This document shows, piece by piece, positions 25,496 to 37,735 of a stretch of DNA of 64,000 bases. Where the stretch lies: contig NC_086107.1 of the NCBI RefSeq assembly GCF_963921235.1, forward strand, positions 112,408,001-112,472,000, in the 5' to 3' direction. The number at the start of each line of letters is the position of its first letter. Positions within the stretch are counted from its first letter, which is position 1. A program made the position numbers and the translations under genes. This DNA is from Mobula hypostoma (Eukaryota). The notes beneath the pieces are model-generated. The model saw only the letters and a program-made list of their open reading frames with translations. It was not told the DNA's origin and ran no database searches.

Positions 25496-27149
25496 TATGG
25501 GTGGGTTGATGCTTTGTTTCTGCTTGTGCGTGGGAGGAGGGGGTGGGCTTTGGAGTTCTAATGTTTTTCTGTCATTCACTCTTTGGGGTTCTCTTCTGTT
25601 TTTGTGAATGTCTGTGAAGAGTAAGAATTTCAGGTTCTATACCATATCCATTCTCTGATATTAAATGAAACCATTGAACGTATGGTAGGCTGATCCAAAA
25701 GATTAGGTTACATGGGTCCACACTTAGTTGATAAATTTAATCTCGAGTTGGCTTGGTCATAGAAGGAACAGGGCGATGGGAGGGGGGTGCTTCTCTGACT
25801 TGGAAGTCTGGAACCAGAGTTGTTCCACAATGATCAGTGCTGGGTCCTCTGTTGTTTGTATCCATTAATAATTTGGATGAAAGTGCAGGTGGTCAGATTG
25901 GTAGGTCTGCAGATGACACAAAAATTGATAAAACAAGGAAGGTTATCAAAGCAAATAGAAGAATATTGATCAGCTGGAAGTTTGGCTGGAGAAACGGCAG
26001 GAGGAGTTTAATCTGGACGAATATGAGATAACGTATTTTGGAAGGTCAAAGGTAAGAAGAATACAAGGGGTATAACTTTTAGATGTTGAGAGGAAATTAC
26101 AGGGGGAGATGTCAGAGGTGGGTTTTTTATAGAGAGAGGCAGGTACATGAAATCCACTGCCAGGTGCAGATACACTGGGGACATTTAAGTTAGATTGGCT
26201 GGTGGAGAAAAGAAAGGCTATTTGGCAGGAAAGGGTTAGATTGATCTTGGAAGAGGTTAAAGGGCTGGCACAACATTTTGTGCCAAAGGGAGAAGTCTGG
26301 AAAATGGGATTGAGGGAGATAATAAATCAGCCATGGTGGAACAGTGGAGAAGATACTCAATGGGCTGAATGGCCTAATTCTGCTCCTATGTCATGGTCTT
26401 GTGGTCTTATTCTCCTGCCTTCTCCCTGTAACCTTTGACAACCTTACTAATCAAGAACCTATCCTTAGCTTTGAGTATACTCAATGACCTTGCCTCTATA
26501 GCTATCTGTGGCAAGGGATTGCACAGATTCACCACCCTCTGGTCAAAAACATTCCTCCTCATCTCTGTTCTAAAGGGTTGTCCTTCTATTTTGAGGCTGT
26601 GCCCTAAGGACCTAGAGTCCTCTCTTTAGGAAGTATCTTCTCCATGTCCACTTTACCTAGATCTTCCAATATTCAATAGTTTATGGCCTCCCTGACTGGA
26701 GTGTCCTTAATTGTCTGGTGCCCTGCTGAAGTGTCTGGCTCACTTGTGTCACAGACTCCCACTAAATCTTCATCTAATCGAGCCATTGAACTTGCTTCGT
26801 GTTCTGCAGCTCAATTATAACTCAAAAGCCTGGCTGAGTTCCAGATTTCCAATTCTGCGTGAAAAATTAAACATCTCTGCTCAAGATTTTGAACTGGAAT
26901 CTATCCAACTCGAAGAAACTGATACTCAGTTTCCAGAGAAGTATTTTTTTGCTCTTAAATGCCAGCTCTAGTCCAGCAACAACACTGACATGTCCTGTCG
27001 GCCTGGTAGAAGAGAACCTCCGTCAAAAGAAGTCATCCTGTGTTCCTGATGTTTGGCTGCAGATAGGACATTTACAGTCAGAACTCAAATGATCAGACTC
27101 TATAAAATTCACCAACGGCAAAATTACCCATTCTGTTTAGCAGAACCTA

Positions 27150-27800
27150 CACTCAGTGGCCACATTATTAGGAACCTTCTGTATCTAATAAAGTGGCCAC
27201 TGAGTGTATGTTCATGGTTTTCTCTTGCTGTAGCGAGGTGCTTCGCACACCACCGTTGTAACGTGGGGTTATTTGAGTTACAGTCAGCTTGAACCAGTCT
27301 GGCCATTCTCCTCTGACCTCCCTCATTAACAAGACGTTTTTGCCCACAGAACTGCCACTTGGTGGAAGTTTTTTTTTGCACCATTCTTTGTATACTCTAG
27401 AGACTGTTGTGCATGAAAATCCCAGGAGATCAGCAGTTCCTGAGATACTCAAACCACCCCATCTGGCACCAACAATCTTTCCACGGTCAAAGATTTGAGA
27501 TCATCTTTCTTTCCCATTCTGATGTTTGGTCTGAACAACAACTGAACCTCTTATTATTTTCATTCTGGCATCTTCCCCCTTCCTTCTCGGTCCTGAAGAA
27601 GAGTCTTGGCCCAAAACCTCGACTGTTTATTCATTTCCATAGATGCTGCCTGACCTGTTGAGTTCCTCCAGCATTTTCTGTGTGTTGAACTGAACCTCTT
27701 GACCATGTCTGCATGCTTTATGTCTTGAGTTGCTGCTGCACGATTGGCTGATTAGATATTTGCATTAACGAGCAGGGTACACAGGTGAATGAAGTTGCTG
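27150..27800 (-). mobile_element. Tc1/mariner remnant (N-terminal HTH region) with an inserted Penelope-derived repeat
   Basis: TA-flanked TIR cactcagtggccac.ttattagg; the minus strand gives SISGTADLLGFSCTTVSRVYKEWCKK and QFCGQKRLVNEGGQRRMARLVQAD; the insertion at 27553-27687 has a 13-bp TSD aactgaacctctt (27540-27552, 27688-27700). Confidence 0.8.
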
Positions 27801-28466
27801 CTGACCGGGCACCCTTCTTGATTATGTAAAATAGCAGCTGAATCTGTATGAAGGGTCTCCCCATTGGTACTCTGCCTAAATGCAAGAACATTGTGTGGAC
27901 TGTGTTGTTATGTGTATGCATAATAAAGAACTTCAATTCCCAGCAGACAAAGTGGGTGGTTCACCTGGAACCGGAAATGATGTGGGTGAGCTGGTCGCAC
28001 ATGCTCAGTATCGAACAGTGTTCTGTAAATAAAATGTTTGTCTTTATTAAGGACATGTTGTGATTCTATTGAACATTGTAATAATGATGCTGACTGGAAG
28101 ATGTTGAAGAACCAATAAATACCCAGTTAAAACGGACAGAATTTAACGTGTAAATTAGATGGCCTGTGCCAGAGAAGTATCAAGACTGCACAGTGATCTA
28201 ATTGATCAAGAACTTGTGAAAGAGTTGCATCCTTTGCAGAATTCAAAAGAAGTTCAAAGTTCAAAGTAAATTTATTATCAATGTACGAATATGTTATCCT
28301 AAGATTCATTTTCTTGCAGGCATTCACAGTAGAATAAAGAAACTCAATAGAATCAGTGAAAAACTACAAAGACTGACACACAGCCAATGTGCAGAAGAAG
28401 ACAATCTGTGTAAATACAAAATATAATGAATGAATAATAGAGGGAAAGATAAATAAATATATATAA

Positions 28467-29015
28467 TACTGTGCAAAAATCTTAGGCATATATATATATA
28501 TATATACATATACACACACACATATATAGCCAGAGTGCCTAAGACTTTTGCACAGTACCGTATTTGTCCATGTGGACTGGAGAGTAAGTTTGTAAATCTG
28601 GCAATAGCAGAAGAATTTGGGAATGGCGAGGGTGGAGAGCCGCAGGAGGGGTGTGGGATATGTGGCAGAGAAGAGCTGCCAGGGGCTGGTAGTAGGGTGT
28701 GGCGTGGGTGCAGACACACCCAGCCCTGAGACACCAGGCAAGGTCATTTGATTCCAAACAATTGGTGTATTGATCATTACAGAATGTCTCTCTGGTGCTT
28801 CCCATTTCCTGTCCTCTCCTTTCCCTTCCCCTATTCCCAACCATGATTCTCCTCTTCCTGCCCCCCTCTCTACAATAGAGACCCATACCCAAATTAGGTT
28901 TATCATCACTAACATATGTCACGAATTTTGTTTTTTTTAATGCAGCAGCAGCAGTACAGTGCAATACATAAAATTACTACAGTACTGTGCGAAAGTCTTA
29001 GGCACTCCAGCTATA
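28467..29015. mobile_element. Tc1-type MITE composite (TIR ctgtgcaaaagtcttaggca)
   Basis: TA-flanked TIR pair at 28469-28555 around a TA/CA microsatellite, with a further TIR at about 28983-29004; the same composite recurs at about 56360-56775. Confidence 0.65.
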
Positions 29016-29019
29016 CATA

Positions 29020-29400
29020 TGGACAGACAGACAGATAGATAAATAGATGGATAGATAGGAAGATAGTTAGATAGTTAGATATCGACAGACAGATAGATAG
29101 ATGGATAGACACATAGATAGATAGATGAATAGAAAAATAGACAGATAGATAGATAGATAGAAAGATAGATAAATAGATATATAAATAGACAGATAGATAG
29201 ATAAATAGATAGATAGATAGATAGCTTGACAGATAGATGGATAGAGAGATAGATAGATAGGCAGATAGATAAGTAGATAGGTAGATAGATAGATAGATAA
29301 ATAGATGGACATAGATAGACAGACATAGATAGATAGATGGATAGGCAGATAGATAGGTAGATAAATGGACAGATAGATTGATCAGCAGATAGATAGACAA
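29020..29400. repeat. (GATA)n / (GACA)n microsatellite
   Basis: Directly visible; explains the YLSI-rich ORFs. The complementary type (TATC/CATC)n lies at about 51050-51195. Confidence 0.97.
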
Positions 29401-29942
29401 ATAATAATACTGAGAAAATGAATTATAGAGTCTTAAGAGTGAGTCCACAGGTTTTAGAATTAGTTCAGCGTTGAGGTGGTTCCATACTGATTCAGAAACC
29501 TGGTGATTGAAGGGAAGTAATTGATCCATTGTTCCCAGGAGATCACCAGAGAGGGTGCTGATGAGATTCCCCACGATGTTACCTGGGATGGAGCAATTCC
29601 ATTATGAAGAGAAACTAGAGAGTCTGGGTCAGTTCTACTTAGAGAGGAGGAGGTTAAGAGGAGACAGGACTGATATTTATAAAACTACAAGGTGTAGACA
29701 GGATAAAATGCAGGAAACATTTCCCCTTATCTGAGACAGCTAAAACCAGATGACATAGATTTAGGGATTATGGGTAATGGGGAAGAGATTTTGGAAGGAA
29801 TATGAAGAGGAACTTCTTCACCCAGAGAGTAGCAAGTACATGGATTGTACTGCCTGACAGAGTAGCTGAATTTGGGTCATTGCCTTTGATTAATAAGTGC
29901 TTAGATGCACTTGAATTGCTTAAGCATAGGGGGCTATAGACC

Positions 29943-30365
29943 CTCGAAGAGGACCACAACCTTGTTGTTGGGTTTGGACACTTGCGTGCCTCAATGACCC
30001 AGAGAGCTATATTGGCTAGCTTCAGAGCATTATGCTTTGGCTCTTGGTGGGGTCACCCATGCCAAACAGGTCAAAGGGTAGAGGCCAGACTAAGAGTGGT
30101 TCACCAGACCTCCAGGTTCGGCTTCAGTTCAGGGCTAACAACCCTGACTGGTCAAACAAAATTGTTATAGAAACAGCAAAGAAGAATCCTTCTACATCTG
30201 AGTGTGACGGTATTCCTGAGACTCCACCCGGGACTTGCATGACTGACGGTAGTGAAAACTGAGAGGAAGCTACTGACACGATGAAGGAAGCCCTGAACAC
30301 TGCCAGAGATGGAGAACTTTCATTGCCGCCCTAAACACCACCAACATAGCGGGCAGTAAGTAAGC
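29943..30365 (+). mobile_element. Non-autonomous RTE/BovB-type bipartite element
   Basis: 5' ggaccacaaccttgt...gcgtgcctcaatgacc...ggtcacccatgccaaacaggtc...ccagactaagag resembles RTE 5' UTRs, joined to a short 3' end with a (taag)n tail. Copies at about 17975-18275(-), 41808-42087(+) and 42100-42527(-). Confidence 0.7.
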
Positions 30366-32826
30366 AAAGAGGATTATGGACCAAGTGCAGGGTTGAGAGT
30401 AATAGAGAAGGATGCCCAATGGTTGGCATATGCCAGTTGCACCATACGAATGGTTTCCATCTTGGAGGATACTATGCATTTGTTAGCTTCCATTCCAAAG
30501 ACATTTTGGAAAATATGGAATTTTATAAGCCTGGCCAGAGCTCAGAGATCACTTCAGATGCCGTTGTTGTCACTGCCTCAAAGACTTTAAGGGTCTGAAG
30601 CTGATCCTGTTGAATCCTAACCCCTGACTGAAGCCTAGAGACACTTACTATAGAACTATGTGTGGATATTGTGGTAGACCCGACTTGGCACACAGCTTAT
30701 CAGATAGGCTTTTTCCACTGAGGCTGGGTGAGACCAGAAGTAGCCGTCATAGGTTAAGGGTGAAAGGTGAAATATTTAAGGGGGACCTGAGGGGGGAACT
30801 TCTTCATTAAGAGGGTAGCGCAATTATAGTACAAGCTGCTGGCGGAAGTCGTGGATTCGGGCTCGATTGAAAACAATTAAGAGAGGTTTGGATAAAGAGA
30901 TGGATGCCTCTATAAATTTGCTGACGACACAACTACATTGGCAGAATTTCAGATGGTGACGAGAAGGCGCACAGGATTGAGACAGATCAGCTGGATCGCA
31001 GCAACAGCATTGCCCTCGCCATCAGTAAGACCAAAGAATCGATTGTGGGCTTCAGAAAGAGTAAGGTGAGAGCACCGTGTAAGATGTACAGTGGAGAGCA
31101 TTCCAGCTGGCAGTGTCACCGTCTGGTGTGGTGGTGAGAGCCACCGTACAGGATCGAAATAAGCTGCAGGAAGTCGCGAGCTCAGTCAGCTCCAGCATTC
31201 AGGAGCAATGCCTCAAAAAGGCGGCATCTACCATTAGGGACCCCAACCACCTAGGACATGCTGTTTTCTCATCGGGGCGGAGGCACACACTCAGTGATTC
31301 AGGAATAGCTTCTTCCCCTCTACTATCAGATTTCTGAAAGAACATTGAACCCATGAACACTACCTTACAACTTTTTTCTCTCTTTTTGCACTGCTTATTT
31401 AATATAACTTATTAAATATATATGTATATTTAACTTTAATATATATAGTATTTATTATTATGTATTGCAAAATACTGCTGCCACATAACAACAAATTTCA
31501 CAACATATGCCGGCGATATTAAACCTAATTCTGATCCTGGATGGGAGGGGTGTGGAGGGCTATGACCCAAATGGAGATCAATGGGAATAGGCGGAATAAC
31601 AGATTGGTACAGACTAGATGGGCTGAAGGGCCTGTTTCTGTCTGTACTTCCCTATAACTCTATGACTGCATTCCTTTTTGCCACTGGGAATCACATTTAG
31701 CTCCTTGTTTAGTGTGAACATGTAGTTCCCCATTACGTCCAAAATGTTTTTCACTCTCTTCTTCCATGAGGAATGACACAAACTAGTTATTAATCTCTTT
31801 GCCATGTAGATTCCCAACATAATTTCTCCTGCCTTGATCTGTAAGGTATACAAATTACCTTTTGCTGATCTTTCCTCTTATTAATAGTAGCTCTTACAGA
31901 TAGTCTTTATGTTTCATACTTAATTACTCAGACATTCTATCTTATCCTTCCTTACTAATTTTTCAATCTTCCTTTACTGAATTCTGAAATACTCAAATTC
32001 CTCAGATTTAGTGCTATTGTTTTGGCAATACTACAATCCTTTTCCTTTGATCCAACACTAGCTTAACCACAACAAATGCTGGAGGGACTCAACAGATCAG
32101 GCAGCATCTATGGAAATGGATAAACAGTCAGAATTTCAGCCAGAGACCCTCATCTGGACTCAAGAATCAGCCTCACCTGATGATTTCCTTCGGAATTTTG
32201 TGTGTGTTACTCTGAATTTCCTGCTTCTACAGAACCTCTTGTGTTTACTACCTTAACCATCTCTTATGAGTCTTTTCCTGTTCCTTAATAGGGTTATAGG
32301 GTCATAGCCCTCCAAACCCGTACCATCTATGTACCTATCCAAACTGCTCTTAAGAGTTGAAACCAAGCTCACATGCACCACTTTCACTGGCAGCTCATTT
32401 CACTCTCTGGATGAAAAAGGTCCCCCCTCATGTTCCCCTCAAACTTTTCACCTTTCATCCTTAACACATGACCTCTAGTTGTAGTCCCACCCAACATCAA
32501 GGGGGAAAAGACTGCTTGCATTTACCCTACCTTAGTATACCTCTATCAAATCTCCCCCCAATCTTCTACATTCCAAGGAATAAAGTCCTAACCTATTCAA
32601 TCTTTCCTTATAGCTCAGGTCCTCCAGTTCCAGCAACATCTTTGTAAATTTTCTCTGCACTCTTCCAAACTTATTTACAGCTTTCCTGTAGATACATAAC
32701 AAAAACTGCACACAATACCCAAAATTAGGCCACGCCTAATGAGATACACACTTAGTGTACCCTCTGTGTTAATTGTCTAAGTGTTAGCCATTACTTATTT
32801 ACTGTTACATAACTTAATATAATACT

Positions 32827-32948
32827 CATAACCTGAAAATGTCCAATCTCGGAAGCTAAGCAGGCACAGACCTGGGTAGTACCTGGATGGGAGACTGCCT
32901 GGGAATACCAGGTGCCACAGGCTAGCCTATGGCTATTCTAGCCTGAAT
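32827..32948 (+). pseudogene. 5S rRNA pseudogene (permuted / head-to-tail junction)
   Basis: atctcggaagctaagcagg...cctgggtagtacctggatgggagactgcctgggaataccaggtgc..caggct matches 5S box A, IE, box C and the 3' end; followed by gcctatggctattctagcctgaat, resembling 5S nt 1-24. No oligo-T terminator. Confidence 0.85.
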
Positions 32949-33203
32949 TCACTCCTTATTCCACAATAGTTGGTTTTATTTTACTTAAGACCCTAATTTG
33001 ACGTTGAACTAATCATTTCCACTCCGTAGAAAAAAATCTATCATATTATGATCACTCTTCCCCAAAGGCCTCTTAACTAGAGGATAATTTATTCACCCTT
33101 TCTCATTGCATAATGGTACATCTGTAATAGCCTGCTTCTTCCTTGTGTTGTCATCAGACTGATCTAGGAAGCCATCGCTTACGCTCTCCGTTATTCATCC
33201 ACC

Positions 33204-33330
33204 ATGCTTTTAGTACTCCCGTCGAAGAGTACTCTTCGACGGGAGTTCAGTGAAACCATCTCTCACTGCTCCCCATCTGTAACTCTTCGACGGGAGTTCA
33301 GTGAAACCATCTCTCAATGCTTTTAGTACT
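33204..33330. repeat. 99-bp insertion with 14-bp TSD, internal direct repeat and perfect 32-bp palindrome
   Basis: TSD atgcttttagtact at 33204-33217 and 33317-33330; palindrome at 33215-33246; 35-bp direct repeat at 33231-33265 and 33282-33316. Confidence 0.9.
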
Positions 33331-34507
33331 GATTTGATACTTGATGTCCTTATGTATACTGAAGGAACTTACAATTATTGCTTTGCTTTTGTTACACCTG
33401 CCTCTAATTTCTAGACTTCTATAATGTCCTACATTTACACTTTAACATCTGGAAACTCTCCAATGATCAAAAATTACCCATTACTCAATAAAAACATTGC
33501 AAACACTCAGTGCTCCCAACCATTAAAGATTGTACGGGATGAGTAAATTAGCTGCGTTTCAGAGATGGGGGTGTTTTAGAGATATTATATTAACTCTGCC
33601 TGCAGTGTATAGTAAATTTGAACAGTTAGCCCTCACAGAGCTCATAGATCCATTCACTTGCTGTGGTTACCTGGGCCTCAAGGAGTTCAAGGGACAAAAG
33701 CTGACCCTGTTCAGTCCTGACCTCTAGCTGAATTTAATTATTAAGATACAGCGTGGAACAGGCCCTTTCACCCCTTCCAGCAGCGCCACCCAGCAATCCC
33801 TGACAACCCCTGGTTTAACTCTAACCTAACCACGGGACAAATTACAATGACCAATTAACTTACCCGCTACATCTCTGGATGGTGGGAGGAAACCGGAGCA
33901 CCAGGAGAAAGCCACGGGGCGAACATAGAGAGACTCCTTACAGAGGATGCTGGGATTGAACTCTGAACTCTGACACCCCAAGCTGTCATAGCAACTAGTG
34001 AGCCCTCCAGTGATTCTGGTGACCCTTGCTGTGGAACAGTTTGTGGATACTAAGGCAGAGCTAGCTGGGTCGCAACACAATATTCCCACCTTTAACAACG
34101 TTTGTTGAATGCAACAACCAAGATGTAAAAAAAAGAAGCCACTTGCCTGGGAATCCCAAGAAAAGTCATCATCTTTAGAGAGTGATAGAGATAAATGCAC
34201 TGAATTGTCTTTCCTTCTACTGGAACCATGTTAGTAGACTAGAGTAATCCCCAGGTTCTGAAGAGTACTGAGGAATCTTCAGAGGTCATGTGTTAAGGGT
34301 GAAAGGTGAAGTGTTTAAGGGGAACATGAGGGGGAGCTTCTTCACTCAGGGTAGTGGAACGAGCTGCCAGTGGAAGTGGTGGATGTGGATTCAATTACGA
34401 TGTTTAAGTTTGGGTAAGAGACGTTTCCATGGATGGGAGGGGCATGGGGGCATATGGTCCTGGTGCAGGTGGATGGAAGAAGGGAGAATAATTGCTCAGG
34501 CTATGTG

Positions 34508-34800
34508 TGGGCACGTGGCCAAGTGGTTAAGGCATTGGACTAGCTACCTGAAGGTCGTGAGTTTGAGCCCCAGCCGAGGGAACGTGCTGTGTCCTTGAGC
34601 AAGGCACTTAACCACACATCGCTCTGCGACGACACCGGTGCCAAGCTGTATGGGTCCTAATGCCCTTCCCTTGGACAACATTGGTGTCGTGGAGAGGGGA
34701 GACTTGCAGTATGGGCAACTGCTGGTCTTCCATACAACCTTGCCAGGCCTGCGCCCTGGAGAGGGAAGGCTTTCCATGGTCTCTCAAGACTAACGGATGC
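34508..34800 (+). mobile_element. tRNA-derived CORE-like SINE
   Basis: A box tggccaagtgg, B-box-like gtttgagccc, and core gtgtccttgagcaaggcacttaacc; an inverted copy lies at about 53070-53358. Confidence 0.75.
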
Positions 34801-35559
34801 CAAATAGTAATAGCTCAGCATGAACTCGGTGGACTGAAGGGCTTATTTTTGTGCTGTTGTGCTCTATGGCATTATTTAAGTCCCAGAATTATATGGCAAG
34901 GAAACAGGCCACTCACCCCGACAATTTCCGGCAACTGTCAAACATCTTTAGCCAATAATCCTACACTAATCACATTTCTACTCTCCACACTTCCAACAAC
35001 TACCAGTCCTCTCCCTACCCCACCACCACTCCGAAGACAAGGGGTAATTTACCAGCGTCAATCAATCTACCAGCCTGCACAAAACCTTGGGATACTCACC
35101 AAGAGGGAACGTGAGAACTCCTCACAGACAGCAGTGGAGATTATTGGATGTCATCTCAGTTAAGATTCAAGTGCACTTTAACTCTTTTTTTAATAAATGT
35201 TACACAGAGTAGTTTGGTAAGTTTTCCTGTGAACCCAGTGGGATTAAAGGGAGTGGAAAAGACACTAGCACCCCGGACCCAGGTTCCATTCACAGACCCA
35301 CTCAAGTTCCTAGCCCCTCCTTGTTCCCAATCGGCCCACACTCTAGACCCCTGATTCCAGCTGCTGCATCTCACATAAGAGGTTAATAAGCTCCCAACCG
35401 TAACAATTGGGTGACAGATTATCGGAGATGTACTGGGTAAACTAAGCCACAGTCCACTTAAGAATATGCATGCATACACCCTCCAAATGGCAGCCAACCG
35501 AACGCTGAGCAAATGAAAGCCAATACACCCTGTGCATACACAGCTCCTCCATAGGGAGA

Positions 35560-36750
35560 GTTAAGTGCACCAAGTTCTTGGGAGCTCACATCATGGACGA
35601 CCTCACCTGGTCCCTTTAGTCACCTCCCTGAACAAGAAGGCATAACAGTGCTTCCACATCCTGAGGAAATTCAGGCAAATGAGGCAACAAGCCTCCAACC
35701 TGAAGGCATGAACATCAACCTCTCTAACTTCCGCTAATGCCCCACCTCCCCCTCGTACCCCCATCCATTATTTATTTTTATACACACATTCTTTCTCTCT
35801 CTCTCCTTTTTCTCCCTCTGTCCCTCTGAATATACCCCTTGCCCATCCTCTGGTTCCCCCCTCCCCTTTTCTTTCTCCCTGGGCCTCCTGTCCCATGATC
35901 CTCTCATATCCCTTTTGCCTATCACCTGTCCAGCTCTTGGCTCCATCCCTCCCCCTCCTGTCTTCTCCTATCATTTTGGACCTCCCCTCCCCCTCCCACT
36001 TTCAAATCTCTTACTAGCTCTTCCTTCAGTTAGTCCTGACGAAGGGTCTGGGCCTGAAACGTCGACTGTACCTCTTCCTAGAGATGCTGCCTGGCCTGCT
36101 GCGTTCACCAGCAACTTTGATGTGTGTTGCTTGAATTTCCAGCATTTGCAGAATTCCTGTTGTTAACCTCCCCTCTCCTCCCATCTTGACTGAATTTTAC
36201 AGGAGCACCATTGAGAGTGTTCTGACAAGCTGCCTGTCCATCTGGGATGGGAGCAGCCGAGCATCGGACCAGAAGTCCCTACAAAGGACTGTGAGAAGAG
36301 CTGAGAGGATCATAGGGGTCTCCCTACCATCTATCGGGGACATTTATCAGGAGCACTGCTTACACAGAACCCTTAGTATTATCAAGGATCCCACCCATTC
36401 ATCCAGCATCCTCTTTGACTTTCTACCAACAGGCAGGAGAATCCGATGCATAAAAACAAGAACGGTCAGGATGAGAAACAGTTTCTTCCCTCAGGCCATT
36501 AGGCTTCTGAACTCCCCACCGCATCGTATTAGAAGTGTCTCCGGGTAATTTGGTTTGTACCTTACAATATTTAATTTATGCACTTTGTTTATTTATGCGT
36601 GATTCATCGGTAGATTTTATCCTTGCTTTCATAAGTTATTGTGTGTTATGTGTACTACCATGCTTTACACCCTGGTCTGGAGAAACATTGTCTCGTTTGA
36701 CGGTATACCTGTTTACAGTTCAATGAGAGTAGACTTGACTTGACTTGAAA
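35560..36750 (+). mobile_element. Rex1/Babar LINE 3' fragment interrupted by a Penelope-derived element (about 35690-36165)
   Basis: ORF 36186-36548: FYRSTIESVLTSCLSIWDG...IIKDPTH...RMRNSFFPQAIRLLN; ends in a (cttga)n tail near 36735-36748. Confidence 0.8.
36032..36067 (+). ncRNA. Minimal type I hammerhead ribozyme motif
   Basis: agtc-CTGACGA-agg(gtctggg)cct-GAAA-cg-TC-gact; intact core. Confidence 0.8.
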
Positions 36751-37352
36751 TGTCAGTGCAGGTTTGAGGTATAAATCTTTCCTTTCATAGCCAAGATCTA
36801 GAGCGTTGCTAACAAACATGCGTAAGAACAGACTTCACAAGGTAAGGTTATTTTCCCCGTTTATTCAGAGAACAGTGTGATTAAGAAGTGTTTTACACTT
36901 TTGTACATTTCTCTAACTCTACTCAATTTATAGGCATTCGCACTGGGTTTTTTTTTTGTCTGCAGATGTCTGAACAATCAAAAGCATGCACAGATTTCAA
37001 GAGCTGTAAATAACAGTCCATACTCAAAAGGTTTATACCTGTGTTTTTTTTTTAATTTTTTGATTTGGCAAGCTTTTAATTTGTATTTATTTTTCTAGTT
37101 GTTTGAAAATCAACAAAGTAAAACAAACAAACTTGGAGACCATCTTGTAAATTTTCCTGATCGCCTCAGAACTGAGGGCGTTCCTTCCACCTGTTGCTTC
37201 CTCCCACCCACTACCCCTCGTCGGTACACAGTCAGACTCCTTCACAATGGGGTACGACTGTCTGGTCTTTGTATGTGACTCGGAGGTTACCCTGCAGTTA
37301 GGGTTAGCAGGGGTTCAAGGAGGTGGGGACAGCAACTAGATACCCTCTACAT

Positions 37353-37433
37353 CAGGAGTTCCCAACCTGGGGGTTCACAGACCGCTCAGTTAATGGTAGG
37401 GGTCCACGGCATGAAAAAGGTTGGGAACCCCTG
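37353..37433. mobile_element. hAT (Charlie-like) 81-bp MITE
   Basis: TIRs caggagttcccaacct / aggttgggaacccctg; 8-bp flanks ctctacat / ctctgcac; a second copy lies at about 52328-52410. Confidence 0.75.
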
Positions 37434-37479
37434 CTCTGCACTGTTTCAGTGAACCATCTCAGAGGAAGTAGAGCACGGG

Positions 37480-37735
37480 CCAGATATAGACGAAGGCTCT
37501 CCATCCCACCAAGAATACCCCAGGGCAAGGACAGCACCGGTTAAATAGAGAGGAAACTCCCCTCTACACTGTGGCATTAACCACGCTCAGGGAGAATGGT
37601 TAGAGACAGAGTACAGCTCCCTCTGCACTGCCCCATCAAACATTCCCAGGATAGGTACACCGTAGTTTAAATGAAGAAATCCGGTAAGAGTAAGTACACC
37701 ACAGAGATTAAACATAAAGTTTCTTCTACACTTTT
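37480..37735 (+). repeat. Degenerate tandem repeat, unit about 60-70 bp
   Basis: Recurrent ggttagatacagagtaaagctccctctacactgtcccatcaaacactcccagg-like units; also at about 51490-51700 and 52260-52500. Confidence 0.65.

Noticed and set aside
29011..29574. 187-aa YLSI-rich ORF
   Set aside because: Translation of a (GATA)n microsatellite.
33231..33316. CRISPR-like 35-bp repeat-spacer-repeat
   Set aside because: Only two repeats with a 16-bp gap, vertebrate context, no cas genes; the flanking TSD indicates an insertion.
34508..34580. tRNA gene
   Set aside because: The tRNA-like head continues into a SINE body found in several copies; no proper cloverleaf end or terminator.
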